Of a DNA stretch of 64,000 nt, positions 49,229 through 58,836 are shown piece after piece. Made by a program: the position numbers and the translations under genes. Where the stretch lies: assembly GCA_964596875.1 (NCBI GenBank), contig CAZQVT010000002.1:5508-69507 (forward strand). Reading direction: 5' to 3'. Position 1 is the stretch's first letter; each line of letters begins with the position of its first letter. The notes below the pieces were generated by a model. It did not search any database, was not told the DNA's origin, and saw only the letters and a program-made list of their open reading frames with translations. Source of the stretch: an uncultured Candidatus Saccharibacteria bacterium (GTDB lineage Bacteria; Patescibacteriota; Minisyncoccia; Phycocordibacterales; DATDWN01).

Positions 49229-50377
49229 TTATTTTTCTTCAGATGTAGTTTCTGCCTCCGCACTATCTTTTTGTACAGACTGTATGTCTATTTTCCATCC
49301 AGTTAGCTTCGCGGCTAGGCGAACATTTTGTCCTCCTTTACCGATAGCTAGTGACTGTTGATCCTCTGAAACAGTAACAGTTGCTTGTTTTTCTGTTTCG
49401 TTTATTTTTACTTCTAGGATTTTTGCTGGAGATAGAGCATCCTCGATAAACTTTTTAGGGTCTTCATTCCACTCTATAATATCTATTTTCTCTCCTCCTA
49501 GTTCTGACATAACTGTTGAAACACGTACTCCTCGCTGACCAACCATAGAACCAACTGGGTCAATGTGTGAGTCTGCAGAAGAAACTGCGATTTTTGTTCG
49601 AGAACCAGCTTCTCTTGCTACAGATTTTACAACCACTGTGCCGTTTGCGATTTCTGGCGCCTCTGCTTCAAATAGTTTCTCTAGAAACTTTGGGTGACTT
49701 CTTGAAAGTCTTAGAAACACACCTTTTCCAGATTCTTCTACTCTATATAGGTATGCTCGTACTCTTTCTCCTTGTCCAAATCTTTCTCCTGGGATTTGTT
49801 CCTCGTATGGAAGTAGTCCTGTTGCTCGGCCCATGTCTATAAAGATATTGCCTCGCTCGATTCTTTGTACAGTTCCTGTAACTATTTCTCCTTCACGTGC
49901 ACCGAACTGACTAATAATAGAAACTTTTTCAGCCTCTCGTATTTTTTGCATGATAACTTGCTTTGCTGTTTGTGCAGCGATTCTAGAATAGTCGTCTTGT
50001 GACTCAAGAGGGAAGATCATTTCCTCTCCTAGAGCAACATTTTTCTTTATTCTTCGAGCATCATCTATCATTATATGATGTTCAGGGTTGTATAAGTCTA
50101 TTTGTGTAGAAGGGTCTGCTGTAGGGTCAAACTCTGGTAGATCGTCTTCGTCCATAACAACAGTAGTATCATCCACTACCTTTTTAACCTGGAACATTTC
50201 TGTTTTTCCAGAGTTCATATCGAACTTTGCCTTAACTATTTGTCCTTTCTTTCCGTACTCTTTTTTGTATGCAGTTGCTAGGGCAAGTTCAATAGCCTCA
50301 AGGATTTTTTCTCGAGGGATACCTCTTTCTTCTTCTAGTTGTGTTAGTACACTACTTACTACTTTTAAATCAATCAT
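49229..50377 (-). CDS. nusA: Transcription factor NusA
   Basis: RIAAQTAKQV, S1 domain, REAGSRTKIAV, AIGKGGQNVRLA. Confidence 0.96.
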   Translation of the reverse strand: MIDLKVVSSVLTQLEEERGIPREKILEAIELALATAYKKEYGKKGQIVKAKFDMNSGKTEMFQVKKVVDDTTVVMDEDDLPEFDPTADPSTQIDLYNPEHHIMIDDARRIKKNVALGEEMIFPLESQDDYSRIAAQTAKQVIMQKIREAEKVSIISQFGAREGEIVTGTVQRIERGNIFIDMGRATGLLPYEEQIPGERFGQGERVRAYLYRVEESGKGVFLRLSRSHPKFLEKLFEAEAPEIANGTVVVKSVAREAGSRTKIAVSSADSHIDPVGSMVGQRGVRVSTVMSELGGEKIDIIEWNEDPKKFIEDALSPAKILEVKINETEKQATVTVSEDQQSLAIGKGGQNVRLAAKLTGWKIDIQSVQKDSAEAETTSEEK

Positions 50378-50429
50378 TTTAATTTTAATTATTTTGGTAA
50401 AGCTGTTTAATTGTTTTTTTACCCCTGGT

Positions 50430-50500
50430 AAAAAAACGAGCCCGCCCGGGTGGGCGAACTTCAATATCAGTATAATACACCCTATATTATTTCTTGTCAA
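50430..50500 (-). promoter_or_regulatory. nusA promoter with leader terminator hairpin
   Basis: TTGACA-17-TATTAT, then GTTCGCCCACCCGGGCGGGCTCG and a T-tract before the ATG. Confidence 0.65.
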
Positions 50501-50610
50501 ATCCATAAATTCATCTGTTGTAAGAAACAAATCAATAAAATTTTACAAATTTGTGTAAATCTTTAAGCATTACAAAAAAATATCTGTTACAATATTAGTA
50601 ATAAATTTCT

Positions 50611-52365
50611 ATGCACATTGAAGAAAAACAATTAAAAGATTTTATTTTGGATTCCGGTCTTGTTTCAAAGACAGATATTGAGGCTGTAGAAAAAGAAACA
50701 AAAGAAAAAGGTGGCAACTTGGGTAAAGCTTTGGTAAATAAGGGCAAACTTACCGAGGATGACTTGCGTCGAATGCAGGCATACATACTAGGTATTCCTT
50801 TTGTTGATTTGAAAAAAGAAAAACTTCCTTTCGAGGTCCTTTCACTTATTCCAGAGCCAATCGCAAGAAACCACAACATTGTGGCTTTTAAAAAAACTGA
50901 CAACAGTCTTGAGGTGGCCATGTTAGATACAGAAGACCTTACTGCTATAGATTTCGTTAAAAAGAAAACCGGTCTAAAGATTTTGCCTCGACTTACAGAT
51001 GATGAGTCAATAAAAAGTGCAATACTTCAGTATCAAAAAAGTCTAAAGGCAGAGTTCGGCGACCTTATTGCGGAGGATGTAAGTAATATTAAAAGTATTC
51101 CTTCAAATGTAGATGGTGCAGAACTAAACGAGCAGGATCTAAAAAAGATGGCCGATGATATCCCGATGATCCGTATCGTAGATACTCTTTTGAAACATGC
51201 CATACTTCAAAACGCTTCAGATATTCATATAGAGCCACAAGAAGCAGAACTTTTGGTGAGATACCGTATAGACGGATTACTGCATGATGCCATGATTTTA
51301 CCTAGAAACATGGCCCCAAGTATCGCTGCACGTATAAAAGTTCTGTCTTCTCTAAAACTAGATGAAAAAAGACTTCCACAGGACGGAAGATTTAAAATCG
51401 ACTCTGATGGAGAAAAAGTTTCTTTCCGTGTTTCATCACTTCCTACATATTACGGAGAAAAGATCGTGATGCGTTTGCTTCGTGAAAATGTTTCCGGTTT
51501 TACACTAGAAGCGCTTGCATTTCACGGGGAAGGGTTGGATAGAATCCATAAGGCGGTAAAAAGTACAACAGGAATGATCCTAACTACAGGTCCTACTGGT
51601 TCTGGTAAAACAACTACACTATATACTGTGCTAGATATCCTAAATACTCCAGATGTAAACATCTCTACTATTGAAGACCCTATCGAATACCAGATGAAAA
51701 GAGTAAACCAAACCCAGGTTCGTCCCGAAATCGGTTTTACTTTTGCTTCAGGACTCCGAACACTGGTTCGTCAGGATCCGGATATTATCATGGTAGGAGA
51801 GATTCGAGACGGTGAGACGGCGTCTCTGGCTATTAACGCGTCCCTTACAGGTCATGTTGTGCTTTCAACACTTCACACAAACTCTGCGGCGGGTGCCGTG
51901 CCTAGACTTATAGATATGAAAGTTGAACCTTTTCTTATTGTTTCTACTATAAATATTATTATTGGTCAGCGACTTGTACGAAAACTTACCGACCAAAAAG
52001 AGAAATACTTTTTAACAAAAGCCGAGATAGACACTTTGGGTAAGTCTATAAATCTAGATAAAGTACTAAACGCTCTTAAAGACGAAAAAGTTATTGGCAA
52101 AAGCGACAAATGGGAAGACGTTCCGTTTTGGCGACCTAAAAAAGACGCAAATCCAGAAGACTGTTTTGCAGGAAGAAGTGGTATTCACGAAATTCTAAAA
52201 GTTTCTCCGGCGATAAAAGAAATTATTTTGAAATCTGGTACAACAGATGATATTCAAAAAGTTGCAGAGGCTGAAGGTATGCTAACTATGATGGAAGATG
52301 GAATTTTCCAAGCAGTACAGGGTTATACAACTATTGAGGAGGTGCTTCGAGTTATTTCTGAATAG
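50611..52365 (+). CDS. pilB: PilB/GspE pilus assembly ATPase
   Basis: ASDIHIEP, PQDGR, GPTGSGKTT, RQDPD, GEIRD, STLHTN. Confidence 0.93.
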   Translation: MHIEEKQLKDFILDSGLVSKTDIEAVEKETKEKGGNLGKALVNKGKLTEDDLRRMQAYILGIPFVDLKKEKLPFEVLSLIPEPIARNHNIVAFKKTDNSLEVAMLDTEDLTAIDFVKKKTGLKILPRLTDDESIKSAILQYQKSLKAEFGDLIAEDVSNIKSIPSNVDGAELNEQDLKKMADDIPMIRIVDTLLKHAILQNASDIHIEPQEAELLVRYRIDGLLHDAMILPRNMAPSIAARIKVLSSLKLDEKRLPQDGRFKIDSDGEKVSFRVSSLPTYYGEKIVMRLLRENVSGFTLEALAFHGEGLDRIHKAVKSTTGMILTTGPTGSGKTTTLYTVLDILNTPDVNISTIEDPIEYQMKRVNQTQVRPEIGFTFASGLRTLVRQDPDIIMVGEIRDGETASLAINASLTGHVVLSTLHTNSAAGAVPRLIDMKVEPFLIVSTINIIIGQRLVRKLTDQKEKYFLTKAEIDTLGKSINLDKVLNALKDEKVIGKSDKWEDVPFWRPKKDANPEDCFAGRSGIHEILKVSPAIKEIILKSGTTDDIQKVAEAEGMLTMMEDGIFQAVQGYTTIEEVLRVISE

Positions 52366-52369
52366 TATA

Positions 52370-52491
52370 GAACTTCCAAAACTGGCGAATTTCTTGTTTC
52401 GTTTTTGAAAATTCTCGTCAGTGTACTAAATGTACACCTCCTCATATTTCCAAACTCTCAACGTCGGATTTCATCCAGTTTGTGAAAGTTT
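52370..52491 (+). repeat. ~120-bp palindromic element copy E8 (after pilB)
   Basis: AACTTCC..GGCGAA / CGGATTTCATCC..AAGTT; GTGTAC/GTACAC. Confidence 0.85.
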
Positions 52492-52620
52492 AATGTTGTC
52501 TTGAGATTATTTGACAAAGTATATAAATGATGTATTGTTTGGTGTAGAAAGCTCCAGATGAGGCGAAGAACGTCTCCTTTCTAGAGAAGAGCTCTAGGAT
52601 GATCGGAGTTGAGGCTTATC

Positions 52621-53106
52621 ATGGTTGAAAGAATCGATGGGAAAGTGTCTGCGGGTGTGTGTTTTGCCGCAGCATTACTGCTCTCCCTTCTTACCTTCTT
52701 GATGTCTGAGAAGACAAGCACTGCCTTTTGTGCGTCGGCAGTGGTGTTCGCTGTCATGGGGTGGATTTCAGTCGCGTGTCTTTGTGACGACATTCGCCTT
52801 CAATGGCAGCGTGGCGAGAATGCCTGCAAAGAGAGAGAGGACAGAATCAATCTCGTAGTGTCCACATTCCTCACACAAGAGGCCGTGGATGCAAAGTTAC
52901 AACAACTGGCTACAAAAGCAGAGAACATGTTTCGTGACCAGGCCCAGTACCACGAGGGCAAGGAACGAAACATCGACGACGTCACTGCTCTGCTGATTGC
53001 TCGAGCCGTGGCAAATGCAAAGAGTGAATTCTGGTCGGCACACGAGTTGGCCAAGAGTCTCGGCTTCAAGGTCCGTCCCAAGATCAGAAGCTACACCAAG
53101 AAGTAG
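52621..53106 (+). CDS. GC-rich hypothetical membrane protein (islet)
   Basis: Two TM segments; TTGACA promoter at 52511; GC hairpin terminator 53115-53146. Confidence 0.6.
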   Translation: MVERIDGKVSAGVCFAAALLLSLLTFLMSEKTSTAFCASAVVFAVMGWISVACLCDDIRLQWQRGENACKEREDRINLVVSTFLTQEAVDAKLQQLATKAENMFRDQAQYHEGKERNIDDVTALLIARAVANAKSEFWSAHELAKSLGFKVRPKIRSYTKK

Positions 53107-53428
53107 CACCATCGCGCCCGCGGGTCACACAGACCCGCGGGCGTTTCGCATATAAAAACGAGTCTTAATTTTTTAAAACATTGCACAGTCAATTAGAAAA
53201 CAACGACTGGAAGCGTCAGTCTGGAGAAACTGTTTGAGACACGTAACCGTGGCGAGTTTTTCGAGAAGACGAGCGAGAAGGAGGTTGTTTTCTTGATTGA
53301 CGAGCATAGTAAAAGTTCAACAGAACTTTATACGTGTTTTAAAAAATAAGATGAGTCTATTTTTATTCACAATATTTAAATACAAATAATTTTTGTTTTG
53401 ATACAATTATAGAAGCGAAAAAACTTTT

Positions 53429-54640
53429 ATGTTGTTTCATTACAAAATTTTAAATAAAGAGGGAAAGGTGGTGGAGGGGAATATGGAAGCAAAAGATAAA
53501 TTTGCTCTATATCATACTATTAAACAAGACGGTGCCACTGTAGTTTCTGCTGAAGAAGTAAAAGATAAAAAAGAATATAACATTCCTATACTTTCAGCGA
53601 TGTTTGAAGGTGTAAAAACTCGTGACAAAATCACTTTTGCAAAAAACTTGGCAAAAATGACAGAGGCTGGTCTACCAATAACACGTGCACTTTCTATTTT
53701 GGAAAGACAGGCAAAGGGCCAGTTCAAAAAAATACTAGTTGGTCTTCAGGATTCACTAAACAAAGGAGATACTCTAAGTGATGCGATGAAAGTGTATCCA
53801 AAAGTTTTTTCTACACTTTTTATATCTATGGTAAAAGCAGGTGAAGAGTCTGGAAACCTAGCACAATCTCTACAGAACGTTGGTATGCAAATGGAAAAGT
53901 CATATCTTCTCACTAAAAAAATCCGGGGAGCGATGATGTATCCTGCAGTTATTTTCTCACTCATGATAGTTATTGGAGTTTTGATGATGGTTTACATGGT
54001 GCCAACACTTACAGCAACATTTATTGGTCTTGGTATAAAACTTCCTCTGTCTACGCGTATTATTATTTGGATAAGTAACTTCCTAAAATCAAACTTTATA
54101 TACGTTATATTGGGAACTATTGGTTCAATATTTCTTTTCATTACAGGTTACAGAACACAAAAAGGCCAACGTATTGCGGACTATGTCTTCTTGCATCTGC
54201 CAGTAATAAAGGAGATTGTAAAACAAATAAACTCTGCTCGTACCGCCAGAACTTTATCCTCACTCATTTCTTCTGGAGTTGATATCGTTTTGGCGATAGG
54301 AATTACAAAAGAAGTTATACAAAACTCATATTATAAAACTGTATTGCAAGAAATACAGGAGGTGATTCAAAAAGGAGAGCCAATATCTGCTGTATTTACT
54401 GCAAATCCAAAACTTTATCCTCTTTTTGTGGGAGAAATGGTTTCTGTGGGTGAAGAGACGGGTAAAATCGGTGAAATGCTTATGGGTGTAGCGACATACT
54501 ATGAAGAAGAAGTGGATCAGAAGACAAAAGATATGTCTTCAATCATTGAGCCGATTCTGATGATATTTATTGGTGCAGCGGTGGGATTTTTCGCACTGAG
54601 TATGCTAGGTCCGACTTATTCACTCGCCGACGCACTGTAG
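53429..54640 (+). CDS. pilC: PilC/GspF platform protein
   Basis: AGEESGNL, AMMYP, GEETG, IEP. Confidence 0.93.
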   Translation: MLFHYKILNKEGKVVEGNMEAKDKFALYHTIKQDGATVVSAEEVKDKKEYNIPILSAMFEGVKTRDKITFAKNLAKMTEAGLPITRALSILERQAKGQFKKILVGLQDSLNKGDTLSDAMKVYPKVFSTLFISMVKAGEESGNLAQSLQNVGMQMEKSYLLTKKIRGAMMYPAVIFSLMIVIGVLMMVYMVPTLTATFIGLGIKLPLSTRIIIWISNFLKSNFIYVILGTIGSIFLFITGYRTQKGQRIADYVFLHLPVIKEIVKQINSARTARTLSSLISSGVDIVLAIGITKEVIQNSYYKTVLQEIQEVIQKGEPISAVFTANPKLYPLFVGEMVSVGEETGKIGEMLMGVATYYEEEVDQKTKDMSSIIEPILMIFIGAAVGFFALSMLGPTYSLADAL

Positions 54641-54762
54641 AAATTCCAAATTTGGCGAATTCCTTGTTTCGGTTTTGAAAATTCTCGGCGATGTACTATT
54701 TGTACACCTTCTCGGATTTTCAAAACCTCAACTACGGACTTCACTCAAATTTTAAATTTCTA
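54638..54762 (+). repeat. ~120-bp palindromic element copy E9 (after pilC)
   Basis: AAATTTGGCGAATTCCTTGTTTCG / CGGACTTCACTCAAATT; TGTAC/GTACA. Confidence 0.85.
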
Positions 54763-54771
54763 AGAATGCTA

Positions 54772-56577
54772 ATGAAAATAAAAAATTTAAAACAAAATAC
54801 TAAAAAGGGTTTCTCGCTAGTCGAGTTACTTGTTGGTGTAACAGTTTTTACTGTTATCTGTGTGGTAGTATACGGTGCATATACAAGTATTTTTGATGTT
54901 GTGAAAACAAGTAGAGCAAAACTAGATGCCGTCGACCTTTCAAATGAACAGTTTGAAATCATCCGCAACTTACCATACGCAGATGTTGGTATATACGGAA
55001 GTATTCCTTCGGGACTTTTGACTCATTCGCAGACTCTTGTGCGTGGTCAAAATTCTTTTGATGTGACAACTACAGTGAGAAATGTTGATGATCCTTTTGA
55101 CGGAACACTTGGAGGTGCTCCAAACGATCTTTCACCGGCAGACTTTAAACTAGTAGAGTTAGAAATAAACTGTACACTTTGTAAAAACTTTGTTCCGATC
55201 GTATTTACCACAAGAGTTGCGCCAAAAAATCTTGAAACAGCAAGTACAAACGGAGCACTCTTCGTAAAAGTTTTTGATGCTAATGGAAATCCTGTTGCGG
55301 ATGCAAATGTTCATATTGTAAACAGTACAAACAACCCACCGATAACAATAGACGACGTAACAAATGCAAACGGTATGCTCCAGGTGGTAGATGCTCCACC
55401 AGGAGTAAACGCGTATGATATTACAGTAAGTAAAAGCGGTTACTCTACAGACAAGACATATGCACCGACAGGGGGAAATCCAAATCCAGTAAAGCCACTT
55501 GCTACTGTGGCGCTTCAGCAAGTTACTCAACTTTCTTTCACTATAGACAGAACGAGTACTTTTAATGTGAGTTCGGTAACTTCAAGCTGTACACCTGTTG
55601 GAAATATAGACTTCAATATTAAAGGAGCAAAACTTTTGGGAACAACTCCTGATGTTTTGAAATATGATCAGGACAAGTTTACAAACGGGGGAGGGTTACT
55701 ATCTATAAGTGGTCTAGAGTGGGATTCTTACACTTTAACTTTGGAAGACTCAGTTTACGATCTTGTTGGTTGGAACCCTATTTCTCCTATAAGTTTACTG
55801 CCGAACAGTACACAGGATATACAACTCGTAGTTGCAACAAAAAATCCTAGAACTCTAGTAGTCACTGTTTTGGATGGTTCAACCAACCTTCCACTTTCTG
55901 GTGTAGATGTAACAATTTCAAAATCTGGATTTACTTCAGTTACAAACTCAACTGGTCAGGGTTTTATAAATCAAACAGACTGGTCAGGAGGATCGGGACA
56001 AGCAACTAGTACAGACCCGTCACAGTATTTTACTTCAGATGGAAATATTGCAAACAACAACCCAGCAGGTGAACTTACACTCGCACAAGTTTTTGGGGAG
56101 TATGTGAGTAGCGGAGTTTTGACTTCATCAACATTTAATATTGGCTCACCTGCAAACTTTCAAAAAATTGGTTGGAACCCAACAAGTCAGCCTCCACAGT
56201 CCGGTTCTCCTACTGTAAGGTTTCAAATCGCTACAAACAACGATGGTGGTGCTTGGAACTATACTGGTCCAGACGGCACAGCGGGAACATTTTATACTGT
56301 AGGGGATCAAAATATTCATAGTTCAAACAACTCCAAACAATATTTGAGATATAAATTATTTCTAGATTCTGCTTCTACGGCTACATCTCCAAATATTTCT
56401 GATGTATCATTTACTTACACATCACAGTGTACTCCTCCGGGACAAGTATCTTTCTCCGGACTACCTGCTGGAACTTATGATGTTCATTTGGAAAAAACAG
56501 GTTACGTTGACCAGGATATATCTGTGAGTGTAAGTACTGACTGGCAGAACCAAAGTGTTATTTTGTTGCCAAACTAA
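54772..56577 (+). CDS. Large type IV minor pilin with beta-sandwich (carboxypeptidase regulatory-like) domains
   Basis: KKG/FSLVELL prepilin motif; VKVFDANGNPVADANV-type repeats. Confidence 0.8.
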   Translation: MKIKNLKQNTKKGFSLVELLVGVTVFTVICVVVYGAYTSIFDVVKTSRAKLDAVDLSNEQFEIIRNLPYADVGIYGSIPSGLLTHSQTLVRGQNSFDVTTTVRNVDDPFDGTLGGAPNDLSPADFKLVELEINCTLCKNFVPIVFTTRVAPKNLETASTNGALFVKVFDANGNPVADANVHIVNSTNNPPITIDDVTNANGMLQVVDAPPGVNAYDITVSKSGYSTDKTYAPTGGNPNPVKPLATVALQQVTQLSFTIDRTSTFNVSSVTSSCTPVGNIDFNIKGAKLLGTTPDVLKYDQDKFTNGGGLLSISGLEWDSYTLTLEDSVYDLVGWNPISPISLLPNSTQDIQLVVATKNPRTLVVTVLDGSTNLPLSGVDVTISKSGFTSVTNSTGQGFINQTDWSGGSGQATSTDPSQYFTSDGNIANNNPAGELTLAQVFGEYVSSGVLTSSTFNIGSPANFQKIGWNPTSQPPQSGSPTVRFQIATNNDGGAWNYTGPDGTAGTFYTVGDQNIHSSNNSKQYLRYKLFLDSASTATSPNISDVSFTYTSQCTPPGQVSFSGLPAGTYDVHLEKTGYVDQDISVSVSTDWQNQSVILLPN

Positions 56578-56578
56578 A

Positions 56579-57196
56579 ATGAAAAATATAACTCAATTCA
56601 AAAGAGGCTTTTCACTAGCAGAAATACTTATAAGTGTCGCGATACTTTCTGTTATTGCATATACAGTATCTATTTTTCAGAGAGATGTATTTTCGCTAAA
56701 TACAAACCTGCAAAGTAGTCTTAATGCCCAGTTGGAAGCAAGACATCTTATAAAAACAATTATTTCTGAACTTAGAAAAACTAGCACATCTGCAACGGGA
56801 ACGTATCCTATAGAACTGGCGTCATCTACAGGTATAACTTTTTATTCTGATGTTGGTAACAATGGGACAATAGATAAAGTTCGGTACTACTTAAGTGGTA
56901 AAACTATTAAAAAAGGAGTGATCACTCCTACTGGAAACCCGCCAGTATACAACTCTGGAAGTGAAGTTACTACTACACTTTTAAACTATGTGGTGGCTAG
57001 TTCTACTAAACCGATATTTCAATACTACACTTCAAATTATTCAGGAACTACTTCACCATTAACTATCCCGCCAGACATATCCACAATAAGACTAGTGAAA
57101 ATAACTGTTATAATTGATACTGACCCGAACAGATCTCCAACCCCGATAGTTGCGACTTCGCAAGTGAACCTACGAAATCTTAAAGACAACCTTTAA
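56579..57196 (+). CDS. Type IV minor pilin (PilW/GspJ-like)
   Basis: KRG/FSLAEIL prepilin motif. Confidence 0.82.
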   Translation: MKNITQFKRGFSLAEILISVAILSVIAYTVSIFQRDVFSLNTNLQSSLNAQLEARHLIKTIISELRKTSTSATGTYPIELASSTGITFYSDVGNNGTIDKVRYYLSGKTIKKGVITPTGNPPVYNSGSEVTTTLLNYVVASSTKPIFQYYTSNYSGTTSPLTIPPDISTIRLVKITVIIDTDPNRSPTPIVATSQVNLRNLKDNL

Positions 57197-58653
57197 TGAA
57201 AAACAAAAAAATATCACAACGAGGCAGTTTGATGATACAGGCACTAGTTTTCGGTTCCATTTCTGTTGTTCTTATAGGTGCACTTATTAGTTGGGCTGCT
57301 GTAAACATTAAGTCCGGTAAACTTTCAATAAAAAGAGAACAAGCATTACAAATAGCAGAGGCGGGAATAGATTACTATAGATGGCATTTGGCACATGCTG
57401 CTACAGATTATCAGGATGGTACAGGTGTAGCGGGCCCATATGTGCACGACTTTTTCGATAAAGACGGAGTAAAAATCGGAGAATATTCTCTAGAGATTAC
57501 ACCACCACCTACAGGTTTTACTTTGGTAAAAATAAAATCAACAGGAAAACTTTTGTCAGACCCAACAGTAACTAGAACAATACAGACAGGTCTAGCGATA
57601 CCTTCACTTGCAAAATATGCTATTGCCTCAAACAGTGACATTCGTTTTGGAGAGGGAACAGAAGTTTTTGGTCCTATACATTCAAACGGTGGTATACGTT
57701 TTGATGGTCTAGCACACAACTTGGTTACAAGTTCAAGAACATCCTACGATGATCCTGACCACACAGGAGGTTCAGAATATGGTGTTCATACACACTTGAA
57801 CATTCCTCCAACTAGCACAAATGATACCTTTCGTGCTGCAGAGGCACCGAATGCTACTTTAGCAAACAGAGCCGACGTATTTATGGCGGGTAGACAGTTT
57901 CCAGTTCCGGCTATCGACTTTCTAGGATTTACAACTGACCTTGCGACTATAAAAACAAACGCTCAGGCAAGTGGAAGATATTTTGGAGCATCTGGTGCTT
58001 TGGGTTATAGAGTCTTATTTAAAACAGATGACACTTTTGATTTGTACAGAGTAAACAATATTACTGCAACACCAAACAACTGTAGTGAAACTACAACCGG
58101 TTGGGGAACATGGAGTATTAGAACAACAAACGGTTCTCAAACTTTTATAGCAAACTACGCTATACCTGCAAACGGACTTATCTTTGTGGAGGACAATGTT
58201 TGGGCAGAGGGGCAAATAAATAGTGCCAGAGTAACTTTGGCTGCAGGAAAGTTTCCAGACAATGCTGCAACTAGACCTAATATAATGATAAATAATAATC
58301 TTTTGTATACAAACTATGATGGTCAGGATGTTATTTCGCTTATTTCACAGGGAAATATAAACGCAGGGCTTTCGAGTGCAAGTACTATGCGTGTGGACGC
58401 TGCTTTGGTTGCACAAAATGGTCGCGTAGGTAGATATCACTATTCTTCAAACTGTGGAACTGGCTATCAGAGAACAAAAATTACACTATATGGAATGATC
58501 GCAAGTAACCAAAGATACGGTTTTGCCTATACAGACGATACTGGCTATGCAGAAAGAGACATTATATATGATGCAAACTTGTTGTATGGTCCGCCGCCTA
58601 GTTTCCCGCTGACCGGCGATCAGTATCAGATAGTCTTCTGGCAAGAACTGTAA
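57196..58653 (+). CDS. PilX-like minor pilin with large C-terminal domain
   Basis: QRG/SLMI without Glu5; ALQIAEAGI. Confidence 0.78.
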   Translation: MKNKKISQRGSLMIQALVFGSISVVLIGALISWAAVNIKSGKLSIKREQALQIAEAGIDYYRWHLAHAATDYQDGTGVAGPYVHDFFDKDGVKIGEYSLEITPPPTGFTLVKIKSTGKLLSDPTVTRTIQTGLAIPSLAKYAIASNSDIRFGEGTEVFGPIHSNGGIRFDGLAHNLVTSSRTSYDDPDHTGGSEYGVHTHLNIPPTSTNDTFRAAEAPNATLANRADVFMAGRQFPVPAIDFLGFTTDLATIKTNAQASGRYFGASGALGYRVLFKTDDTFDLYRVNNITATPNNCSETTTGWGTWSIRTTNGSQTFIANYAIPANGLIFVEDNVWAEGQINSARVTLAAGKFPDNAATRPNIMINNNLLYTNYDGQDVISLISQGNINAGLSSASTMRVDAALVAQNGRVGRYHYSSNCGTGYQRTKITLYGMIASNQRYGFAYTDDTGYAERDIIYDANLLYGPPPSFPLTGDQYQIVFWQEL

Positions 58654-58776
58654 AACTTCCAAATTTGGCCAATCTCATCGTCTAAAATAAAACCCGGCTC
58701 GTCAATGTACCGTAAGTACACCTCCGATCCGGTTTTTATTTTATACGCGATCTTGTCTCAAATTATAAAAGTTCTA
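58651..58776 (+). repeat. ~120-bp palindromic element copy E10
   Basis: AAATTTGGCCAATCTCATCGTC / GCGATCTTGTCTCAAATT; CAATGTAC/GTACACCT. Confidence 0.85.
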
Positions 58777-58836
58777 CCACATCGGCGTATATTGGATTTT
58801 CGTATACAAAACAATAATTTGGTACAATATTGCCAT

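Noticed and set aside
8296-58776. 120-bp palindromes as integron attC sites with the Xer gene as IntI
   Set aside because: Ends do not keep RYYYAAC/GTTRRRY, copies follow core genes (dnaN, rpsO, pilC) rather than a cassette array, and the recombinase looks XerC/D-like
54691-58836. Upstream ORF-track starts for the pilin (54691) and tpiA (58705)
   Set aside because: The extensions run through palindromic elements E9 and E10; the prepilin motif and the -10 box support ATG 54772 and 58837
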